This document shows, one piece after another, positions 53,391-60,620 of a DNA stretch of 64,000 bases. Below the pieces are notes generated by a model. The model saw only the letters and a program-made list of their open reading frames with translations, ran no database searches and was not told where the DNA came from. The stretch's first letter is position 1, and the number at the start of each line of letters is the position of its first letter. The translations under genes were made by a program, and so were the position numbers. Source of the stretch: Burkholderiaceae bacterium (GTDB lineage: Bacteria; Pseudomonadota; Gammaproteobacteria; Burkholderiales; Burkholderiaceae_E); NCBI GenBank assembly GCA_023384005.1, contig JAHDXY010000001.1:20042-84041 (forward strand), in the 5' to 3' direction.

Positions 53391-55784
53391 CTACGCGACG
53401 AGCTTCAGCTTCTTGAGTTCTGCGAGGTTCAGCCCGGCTTCCGCGTCCGCAGGGAATCGCAGCTGCGGCTTCCAGCCCACCTCGTGTAGGGGGAGATTTG
53501 ACATAATCTCTTGCGCCCGACCAGCCCACAGGGCTGCGTCTTGTTCCGGCACGTAGGCGATCAGGGCGTCGTGGATCATACCCACCACTTCGATTTCCCC
53601 GTTCGGGTAGGAGGCATCGATCAGGGCAATGGCCCACAGCATCATGTCCGACAGGCACGACTGGATCGGGCTGTTGATGGCCTGGCGCTCCGCTTTCGAG
53701 CGGATGGCCCGATCCCAGCTGCGGATCATCGGCAGGTGCCGGATGCGGCCGAGCGGCGAGCGGACCATCTCGGAGAACCGGACGATCTCACGCTGCTTCT
53801 CGTGGTAATCTGTCAGGCCGCTGTACAGCGTGAAGAAGTCGTTTCTTATCTTCTCGGCCTCCGCATAGCTGAGCTTCAGGCCATAATTCGCCCAGGCGTA
53901 AGCCATGAAGCCTTCGACACCCATGCCGTAGAGCAGGCCGAAGTTGCCCGCCTTCGCCTGCTGGCGCAGGTCCTCGAACATCTTGGCGAACTTGGCATCC
54001 TCGGTTTCCTTCCACGAGACGAACTCGTCGTAGGGCACCCCGCCGAGCTGAGCCCCGGTCACCGCATGCAGGTCCAGACCCTGCTCGTAGGCGGCGATCA
54101 TATTCTTCTCGTTCGCCACGCAGGCGACCACGCGGAGCTCCCCCTGACTGTAGTCGAGGGAGATCACGACCTTGCCGGGCGGGGCCGGGAAACAGGCCCT
54201 GATCTTCTTCGCCCACTTCGTCTTCTTCGGAAGGATCTGGAACGCCGGGTCCTTGGCCGACAGACGTCCGGTGACGGTGCCAGACTGGTCGTCCTCCTCG
54301 TCGTACAACCCGCCGTGAAAGAGCATGTATGTCGGATGCAGCCGGCCGTCAGGGCGCAAGTGATTGAGGAAGCCTACGATGAACGTCGACAGCGTCTTGG
54401 ACGCCGTGTCCATTTCGGTCAGGGCTTCGACCATGGCCATGGCTTCCGGCACATCAGCAAACTGGAGCAGATGGGATTTGGCCATCGAGGGTTCCCCCGT
54501 TTTGGCCGTGAGCTCTCTTGGTTTCAGGCTTAGACCGTGGGGGGTGAAGAAGTATTCCTTGAGAATTGAGGGCAGTAGAGGGCTTTTCCCGGCCTTTAGC
54601 TGGCTCTCGATCCGCTCCCGGTACTTGATGCGCATCTTGTTCGGGAGAAGGCTCATCGCCTTGTCCTGGCTCTCCTGGATGACGCCCCGAACCTCATCGG
54701 CCAGCTGCTCGTATTTCTCCTTGTCGACGAGGACGCCCCGCCGCTCGATCTTCTCGAACGCGCGAGCGGCCGGATGCAGGATCTTGATGTAGAAGGTCGC
54801 CAGCTTCGGGTCCTCGGCGAGCTCGTCGCGCATGATGTCAGCCACCTGCTGGCAGGCGTCCGTGTCGCCACCCGCGTAAGTCAGAAAATCTTCGGGCGGG
54901 ATCTTCTCCATCGCGCTCTTGTCGTAAGTCGCGTTCAGGTAGTCGTCATAGCCGCCGATCGGCGTGAAAATCTTGGCATGCAGGTTCAGGCTGTTCGAGC
55001 GGTTCTCGTTCAGGAGCGTGCCGACCAGCATGGTGTCGAACTTGAAGTTCGTGCACTCGATACCCCACTTCACCGCAATCCAGATCAGGTCGTATTTCAG
55101 GTTCGCGCCGCGCAGCTTGACCTTGGGAGAGGTCAGGAGCCACTTGATCTGGTCGAACAAAGGGACGGAGGGATTGAAGGGGACGGGCGGCTTGTGCGGG
55201 CCTAGATAGAGCACTTCCGCAGTATTGGGGCGGGCAGTGAAGCTGATCGAGACAATGTCGCGATCGGGATACCACGGATAGAACGTCATCGTCTCCGTAT
55301 CCATCGACACGTCGACGGGCTTGCCGGTCTTGGCGTAGCGTTCCTCGATCCAGTCGATCATCGGCTGGTAGTCATTGACGTAGCGATAGTCTCCGATCTC
55401 CGGCTCCAGTGATCCGGTGCGCATCAACCGGACGGCCAGGCGGACGTCCCAATCAATGATCTCCGACTTGTCCGGTTCACTGCTCGTCAACGTAGGGTCG
55501 AACGTGACGAGGTAGTAGCCACCGTGGCTGCTCTTGATCGGCTTCTCTCGCAGAGACGTGACGGTTCTGTTCTTCGGTGCGAGGCCAGCGCGGCGCAGCA
55601 CGTCCAGGGGCTTGTTGCCGCAAACGAGAACGATTTCACCCGCTTCAGCTTCCGGGGGCGGGTTGTCGTCAATCAGCGGCAGGAATTGATGAGGCGGGAT
55701 GTCAGGCCGGTGGTTCTTGAGCGATACCCCGAACGTCTTCTTGATCAACGGCGCATCGGCCGTGGTCCAAATCTTCAAGGTCAT
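53391..55784 (-). CDS. family A DNA polymerase with 3'-5' exonuclease domain and N-terminal extension
   Basis: 797 aa. Exo I MDTET; TVTGRLSAKDPAFQILPK; motif A LDYSQGELRV; motif B RQQAKAGNFGLLYGMG; motif C MIHDA. Confidence 0.9.
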   Translation of the reverse strand: MTLKIWTTADAPLIKKTFGVSLKNHRPDIPPHQFLPLIDDNPPPEAEAGEIVLVCGNKPLDVLRRAGLAPKNRTVTSLREKPIKSSHGGYYLVTFDPTLTSSEPDKSEIIDWDVRLAVRLMRTGSLEPEIGDYRYVNDYQPMIDWIEERYAKTGKPVDVSMDTETMTFYPWYPDRDIVSISFTARPNTAEVLYLGPHKPPVPFNPSVPLFDQIKWLLTSPKVKLRGANLKYDLIWIAVKWGIECTNFKFDTMLVGTLLNENRSNSLNLHAKIFTPIGGYDDYLNATYDKSAMEKIPPEDFLTYAGGDTDACQQVADIMRDELAEDPKLATFYIKILHPAARAFEKIERRGVLVDKEKYEQLADEVRGVIQESQDKAMSLLPNKMRIKYRERIESQLKAGKSPLLPSILKEYFFTPHGLSLKPRELTAKTGEPSMAKSHLLQFADVPEAMAMVEALTEMDTASKTLSTFIVGFLNHLRPDGRLHPTYMLFHGGLYDEEDDQSGTVTGRLSAKDPAFQILPKKTKWAKKIRACFPAPPGKVVISLDYSQGELRVVACVANEKNMIAAYEQGLDLHAVTGAQLGGVPYDEFVSWKETEDAKFAKMFEDLRQQAKAGNFGLLYGMGVEGFMAYAWANYGLKLSYAEAEKIRNDFFTLYSGLTDYHEKQREIVRFSEMVRSPLGRIRHLPMIRSWDRAIRSKAERQAINSPIQSCLSDMMLWAIALIDASYPNGEIEVVGMIHDALIAYVPEQDAALWAGRAQEIMSNLPLHEVGWKPQLRFPADAEAGLNLAELKKLKLVA

Positions 55785-55802
55785 GCGGCCAACCTACCTG
55801 TC

Positions 55803-56222
55803 TCACGCTGCAGCGGTCCATTTCGCCTTCCCCCGCCGGTCAAAAGATTTCACGATCGCCTTGTCCAGAAGAGACCGTGCACCTGCCGAGGTCGCCGACT
55901 GGTTTCTCTCCAGCCAACCCTTGACCTGCCCCATTTTTGCGAGGTTAAGGACATGCACCTCGATCTGAGTCTTGAGGTTCCTGTCGTTGCCGGCAATCAT
56001 CAGCAAGGCTAGGTTTCCCATCACCTTGACGATGATCATGTGATTTGAATTGTTCAGGAGGGCGCTGACGATCTTCACCTTGATCGGAACTGAAAGACCA
56101 CCGATCTCGAGATTGAATTGCTTCTCGCCCCGCAGCTGCGGCTCCGCACTCTGCAATTCGATCTTCATGTTGAGGCTGTCGGCCAGGGCGTAGACCAGCG
56201 ACTCTCTCACTCCGTTTCCCAC
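55803..56222 (-). CDS. hypothetical protein
   Basis: 139-aa ORF overlapping the upstream gene by 16 nt. Confidence 0.5.
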   Translation of the reverse strand: MGNGVRESLVYALADSLNMKIELQSAEPQLRGEKQFNLEIGGLSVPIKVKIVSALLNNSNHMIIVKVMGNLALLMIAGNDRNLKTQIEVHVLNLAKMGQVKGWLERNQSATSAGARSLLDKAIVKSFDRRGKAKWTAAA

Positions 56223-56431
56223 ACCAGCTCTCCATTCTTACGTGTGCAGGCCCATCTCCCGAGCGTCACGCCGAAATATGTGACGACGAACTCCAGCCGG
56301 TCAGTCTTCTCGTCGCGCACGACGGTGTGCAGAACGACCGTCTCGTCGGACAAGGCACAGAAGACCGGAGAGGTCTCGATCAGATCGCCGACCTCGAGTG
56401 CTTCGAATTGCTCGACTGTCAGCATCGTCAT
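56207..56431 (-). CDS. hypothetical protein
   Basis: 74-aa ORF with ATGA overlap to the upstream gene. Confidence 0.45.
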   Translation of the reverse strand: MTMLTVEQFEALEVGDLIETSPVFCALSDETVVLHTVVRDEKTDRLEFVVTYFGVTLGRWACTRKNGELVWETE

Positions 56432-57252
56432 GACTTGATCACCTTCATCTCGGGGAGAGGCGTTTCGAGCGGGACCCCGAGGCCCATCAGGATCGCACCC
56501 ATCGTCTTGCTGGCAACGACCATGTCATGGCCGACGTCGAGGTGCAGGCTCGCGTAATCCATGGCCTTGTCGACGTTACCGAACCCGCATGACGCGATGT
56601 TCTCCGTGTAATTCTGCCACGATGGGCCTTCGATCCTGACCGATAGCTTTCCGTTTTGGAAACGAGCCGCGATCCGGACGTCCTTGTTCGCCCCAACGAC
56701 GAAGTAGCGCGATCCTACCGACGTACCTTGCACCGGCTGATACATCATGCTCGCATCACGGAGCTTGACCGGTGCGGCCGACTTCAACTGGGTCAGATCG
56801 AACATGGGCCAGAGCCCCTGCGGCTTGGGCTTCTCAGGTGCCGACTTGATCGGCGGCAGCTTGTTCAGTGCGCTCAGCTGCTGTTCCCATTGCCCCGGCG
56901 TATACATGCTCGCTTCAACGGCGCTGGTCAGCTTCTCGGCCGTCTTGTCCTCGAGCTTGGCTCCGTAAGCCGCTATGAGACCGGAGATTGTGCTACCCAG
57001 GGCGTGGCGTAGGGCCGTCTTCTGAGTTGGAGGAAGCGTCCCAGCATTCAGCTTCTGCAGCTGATCCAGCGTGACTGGCACCTCATGTTGGACAGGCTCA
57101 CCAACGAGCTCGGCGGGGATCGAGAACGTGAACTTGGTCGCCCCCAGCGAGACTTGCACGGGCTTGGACTTCAGCCAGTCATAGAGATCCTGCGGAATGC
57201 CGATCTTCTTGAGGGCTGCCAGCCCGTTCATCGATTTGATGCTAATAGCCAC
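56428..57252 (-). CDS. hypothetical protein
   Basis: ORF track 56428..57270. GTG at 57252 is preceded by AGGAGG. Confidence 0.55.
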   Translation of the reverse strand: MAISIKSMNGLAALKKIGIPQDLYDWLKSKPVQVSLGATKFTFSIPAELVGEPVQHEVPVTLDQLQKLNAGTLPPTQKTALRHALGSTISGLIAAYGAKLEDKTAEKLTSAVEASMYTPGQWEQQLSALNKLPPIKSAPEKPKPQGLWPMFDLTQLKSAAPVKLRDASMMYQPVQGTSVGSRYFVVGANKDVRIAARFQNGKLSVRIEGPSWQNYTENIASCGFGNVDKAMDYASLHLDVGHDMVVASKTMGAILMGLGVPLETPLPEMKVIKS

Positions 57253-57284
57253 TCTATCCTCCTGATCCAAATGGCCTTATCGAC

Positions 57285-57312
57285 ATTCTAACTTGGCCCG
57301 CCGTGAAGACAA
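57285..57312 (-). promoter_or_regulatory. sigma70-like promoter candidate
   Basis: Minus strand: motif, 9 nt, TTGTCT, 16 nt, TAGAAT. The leader has AGGAGG before the GTG at 57252. Confidence 0.45.
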
Positions 57313-57321
57313 GATGAATTA

Positions 57322-57335
57322 TGCACTTAATTGCA
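57322..57335. repeat. palindrome-family copy
   Basis: TGCACTTAATTGCA (1 mismatch). The central TAA is the stop of 57327-57611; a promoter candidate follows. Confidence 0.85.
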
Positions 57336-57611
57336 CTGACACGACCGTAGGGCAAGCTGTCTGCACTCAATCCGTCGTCGCTCGGATCGCATAAAGCTCT
57401 CCTGCAAGGTTCGCGGCGGATCGCACTCGAACAGGTACGTATGCAGGGCAAATTCAATCCCATCGTAGGCGTCGGCGTTGCGGCGGCCGTACCAAGCCTC
57501 CAGACAACACTCTTTGCAGAGCTTGTAGCGCTCATCGTCCGTCCGCTTATTGGGATAGAACTCCTCAAGCGGTTTTGACTTTGCGCAGCGACCGCACGTC
57601 TTCATCCCCAT
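57327..57611 (-). CDS. zinc-ribbon protein
   Basis: 94 aa with CGRC...CKEC pairs. Ends Cys-Asn-TAA inside a motif copy. Confidence 0.5.
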   Translation of the reverse strand: MGMKTCGRCAKSKPLEEFYPNKRTDDERYKLCKECCLEAWYGRRNADAYDGIEFALHTYLFECDPPRTLQESFMRSERRRIECRQLALRSCQCN

Positions 57612-58303
57612 ATACTCCCCTCATTCGGTAGAGGATAGAACACCTTGGTTCGTTTGCTCGAGGATGAGCTCAACCCACCGGTGACACTCGTATACGACTC
57701 CTTCGTCGGCTTGGAGCTGCTGATCCCGAAGTGCGCCATCAGGAACTTGACCTGTTCGGAACTTTCCACGGCCTTCTGGCAATAGTGCTGGCGGACATAC
57801 GATATTGCGTCCTTCTCCCCGAACTCGGATACGAGGGCAGCGAGGAAGGTTCCCGTCCGCCCATGGCCGCCAATGCACCCGCAGTGCACCTTCATCCCGG
57901 ATTCGAGCTGCTTGCGCGTCCACGCGATCAGCTTCTTGAACTCCTCCGGCTTGTCCGGGGCTCGCATATCCGTGATCTTGAAGAAAACCTCCGTGCCCTT
58001 CTTCCAGGGCCAGCTCCTCTCCGAAAAGCGCATTCCCGAGTCGAAGCCGATGTAGACGTCGGCATCGAGCACAACGGGGGACGAGCAGGAGCCTCCATAG
58101 ATCACCAGATCGGTGCCAGGCAACTTCAGGGGAGGGTGCTTCTCATAGCAGCGAACGTACGAGCTCCCCGTCGACTTGTAGCTGGAGGAGCCATAATCAT
58201 AATCAGGCTTCGAACTCCCAAACGTCTTAGTGTTCTTCTGATTGCCCCTGACCTGGGCGCGGTCACCGTGAATCACGTCGTTCAAGTTCTTTCTTTTGGA
58301 CAT
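57602..58303 (-). CDS. dual-specificity (CX5R) phosphatase-like protein, paralog 2
   Basis: ORF track 57602..58504. ATG at 58303 follows GGAGGGAG. ITDMRAP (Asp loop), HCGCIGGHGRTG (P-loop) and AVESSEQVKF (Q motif). Confidence 0.7.
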   Translation of the reverse strand: MSKRKNLNDVIHGDRAQVRGNQKNTKTFGSSKPDYDYGSSSYKSTGSSYVRCYEKHPPLKLPGTDLVIYGGSCSSPVVLDADVYIGFDSGMRFSERSWPWKKGTEVFFKITDMRAPDKPEEFKKLIAWTRKQLESGMKVHCGCIGGHGRTGTFLAALVSEFGEKDAISYVRQHYCQKAVESSEQVKFLMAHFGISSSKPTKESYTSVTGGLSSSSSKRTKVFYPLPNEGSIWG

Positions 58304-58323
58304 CCGCCTTCTCCCTCCTGGAT

Positions 58324-59418
58324 TTACGCGGCTTCGCTGCGGATAATTTGGATCTTCTTCACTTCCAGGCCCGGCATGACCTGGAACCAATTCTTGGCGT
58401 GCTCCTCGGCGGCCTTCTTGGCGGCCTCCTCCTGGGCTTTCTTCTTCGCCTCGGCGGCTTTCAAAGCAGCCTGGGCAGCCGGCGACATGCCGTGCTTGCT
58501 CCATTGCTGCTGCTTATCCTGCTGGTACTTCTTGACAGAGCCCAGCGCCTCGACGACCTCCCAATCCACATAGTCGCCAATCTTATCCGGGAAGCGGTCC
58601 TTGACTTGCTGCATCCAAGCAACTAGCTCCGGGTTGATGTATTTCTTGACGATGCCGTCAAATAATACGGCCTGCGGTATCTGTCCCGAGCGCTGGATAT
58701 CGAGTATTCTTATAATCGCAGCATGGTTATACATGCCGTAAAACAGCGATTTGTTAAATATGGGGCCATTATTGTGGCTCAAAGTCCACACTGTATCAAG
58801 CATCATCTCCGCTGAATACTCTCCCTTAACAAACCGGACCAAGCAATCGGCAATGGAGCCCCACGCGGGTCCGCCGTAGCCGCCAGCCCATTTCGAATTG
58901 TAGAACTGCCACTGCATGCACTCGCAATAGGCCCCGATCGAAGCGTCGGGCGGGTTCTTCAGGAACTCCTGGTGGATGCTGGCTTCACCCCCCTTGATCA
59001 TCTTGAAGAAGTCGGCCACCGGCGTCCCGAACTTCTCCACCATCTTCGCATAGTTGGCCGACAAAGACTTATTGTGCCGGGCCTCGCGGGTGCAGATCAG
59101 CAGGAGATAGTAGAACGCCCTAATGGCCCGTGGAGCGAGCTCCTTGTGATACGCCTCAACGAACTCCAGCTCCCAATCATTGAGCGGCTCCAGAGGATCA
59201 CGCTGGCTGCCAATTAGCGCCATCCCGTGGTTCATCCCATAGAACCAAAGGGCTTGCGTCTCCGGAACGCTGTAGCCGTCGCTGGCGTTGTTGGCTTGCT
59301 GGTAGATAGCCACCCGATCCGCGACGCTCTTGCAAAGCACCGCGCTCATATCGCGCTTGGCGCACAGCACCCGCGACGAGTGATAAGCCAACGTGTCCTG
59401 GGGATCGGTCAAGGCCAT
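58324..59418 (-). CDS. conserved-looking hypothetical protein with Lys/Ala/Glu-rich C-terminal tail
   Basis: 364 aa. Blocks CTREARHNK and WAGGYGGPAWGS. Tail AAQAALKAAEAKKKAQEEAAKKAAEEHAK. No family recognised. Confidence 0.6.
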   Translation of the reverse strand: MALTDPQDTLAYHSSRVLCAKRDMSAVLCKSVADRVAIYQQANNASDGYSVPETQALWFYGMNHGMALIGSQRDPLEPLNDWELEFVEAYHKELAPRAIRAFYYLLLICTREARHNKSLSANYAKMVEKFGTPVADFFKMIKGGEASIHQEFLKNPPDASIGAYCECMQWQFYNSKWAGGYGGPAWGSIADCLVRFVKGEYSAEMMLDTVWTLSHNNGPIFNKSLFYGMYNHAAIIRILDIQRSGQIPQAVLFDGIVKKYINPELVAWMQQVKDRFPDKIGDYVDWEVVEALGSVKKYQQDKQQQWSKHGMSPAAQAALKAAEAKKKAQEEAAKKAAEEHAKNWFQVMPGLEVKKIQIIRSEAA

Positions 59419-59468
59419 CTAACACCCTCCATGGTTTCCAAATGGCGTTGTACTCATACTAATAAATT

Positions 59469-59499
59469 GACGTGTGCAATCAATGAGATAACACACGTC
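59469..59499. repeat. 8-bp inverted repeat in the AT-rich leader of 58324-59418
   Basis: GACGTGTG-(15 nt)-CACACGTC. The loop contains a motif half-site. Confidence 0.6.
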
Positions 59500-59502
59500 T
59501 CC

Positions 59503-59516
59503 TGCATTTAATTGCA
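59503..59516. repeat. palindrome-family copy
   Basis: TGCATTTAATTGCA (1 mismatch). 6 nt after stop 59523. A half-site TGCAATCAAT lies at 59475. Confidence 0.85.
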
Positions 59517-59522
59517 CGTCAA

Positions 59523-60035
59523 TCAGCTGTAAATCATCCTGAGAAACGGCACCCGCTGCGTCCAGGCGAAGAGATGCAGCCACTTCTGCAGTTCTCGGGC
59601 ATCGAAACTCTCCACGAAGCGGGCTTGAGGCTTCGTCTCGACCGCCCGAGGATGGTAATACTCGCGCACATAATCGACCGGGTCGGTTACACCTGCGGTC
59701 TTCGCGAGCAGGGCAAGGAACAAGCCTGTGCGCCCCCATCCGCCCATGCAACCGACGTAGACGTCCCTGCCTCGGATCGCCGCCCGGAACGTATCCCGGA
59801 TCGCCATGTCCAACGCCAGCCGATCATTTGGAATGCTGAAGTCGTGGATCGGAACATGAGCATCGAAACCGCCCTCCGGGACGCGCTCGGCTCGCACGCA
59901 AACCCCGAACGCCTGATCCCGGCCGGGGAAGTTGTCGTAGGGTCCACCCGCGATCGACAAGGTGTAGAAGCCACCGCGCCAGCCCAGATCGAGCGGTAGG
60001 TAGCCATTCGGCTCGAGTTGATGTTGGGTATCCAT
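59523..60035 (-). CDS. dual-specificity (CX5R) phosphatase-like protein, paralog 1
   Basis: 170 aa. IHDFSIP (Asp loop), VGCMGGWGRTG (P-loop) and AVETKPQARF (Q motif). Confidence 0.75.
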   Translation of the reverse strand: MDTQHQLEPNGYLPLDLGWRGGFYTLSIAGGPYDNFPGRDQAFGVCVRAERVPEGGFDAHVPIHDFSIPNDRLALDMAIRDTFRAAIRGRDVYVGCMGGWGRTGLFLALLAKTAGVTDPVDYVREYYHPRAVETKPQARFVESFDARELQKWLHLFAWTQRVPFLRMIYS

Positions 60036-60076
60036 GCTTTATCGACCCTCCTTGGTCATCCGTTTGCAGTCGGTTG

Positions 60077-60301
60077 TCAGGATAGTTTGATGCGGCTCAC
60101 GTCAAGAACTCGGCCGTCCTCGATCAGCAGAATGAAATCGTTGAACCTCCAGTTGCCTCGCTCGTGGGTGATGGGTGCAGACCGTCGCGCCATCCTGGCT
60201 ATCCGCTTGACCGTGTCGCCGTACAGGCCCGCGTAGCGAGCCTTCTGCACAGCCTCTTCCGTCACCTGGAACTCCCGGAACCTCGTCCCTTTGCCACTCA
60301 T
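60077..60301 (-). CDS. hypothetical protein
   Basis: 74-aa ORF with ATGA-type overlap to the upstream gene. Confidence 0.45.
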   Translation of the reverse strand: MSGKGTRFREFQVTEEAVQKARYAGLYGDTVKRIARMARRSAPITHERGNWRFNDFILLIEDGRVLDVSRIKLS

Positions 60302-60585
60302 GGGCCACTCTTGCTCCGTTTTCGGTAACGATCTCCACGAAGGATTTCGATCTCTTGCGGCGCTTCGATCGCAATACGTATCGCCCCGTATTTGTAGAAG
60401 TCGCCGGCAGATACGAAAACGTCGTCCATGATCTCCTTCGCTTCCGTATCGGTTATCTCAATCTCCTTCTGCTCTCCGGCAAGCCGGACCCAGAACCTCG
60501 CACCGGATTCGATCCTCGTGATGACCACCTGGCGATCCTCCACCCAGAAGTCATCACTCTCCTTCATGCTCAGTACCAAAGGCAT
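60298..60585 (-). CDS. CsrA-like RNA-binding protein with internal insertion/duplication
   Basis: 95 aa. MPLVLSMKESDDFWVEDRQVVITRI and IRIAIEAPQEIEILRGDRY parallel E. coli CsrA [23 protein letters not shown] and VRIGVNAPKEVSVHREEIY. About 35 extra residues lie between them. Confidence 0.5.
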   Translation of the reverse strand: MPLVLSMKESDDFWVEDRQVVITRIESGARFWVRLAGEQKEIEITDTEAKEIMDDVFVSAGDFYKYGAIRIAIEAPQEIEILRGDRYRKRSKSGP

Positions 60586-60596
60586 CTCCGCCTCCT

Positions 60597-60610
60597 TGCA
60601 ACTGGTTGCA
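60597..60610. repeat. palindrome-family variant with GC centre
   Basis: TGCAACTGGTTGCA. The outer arms are kept and the TTAA core is replaced. Between stop 60621 and start 60585. Confidence 0.5.
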
Positions 60611-60620
60611 TCTCATTACC

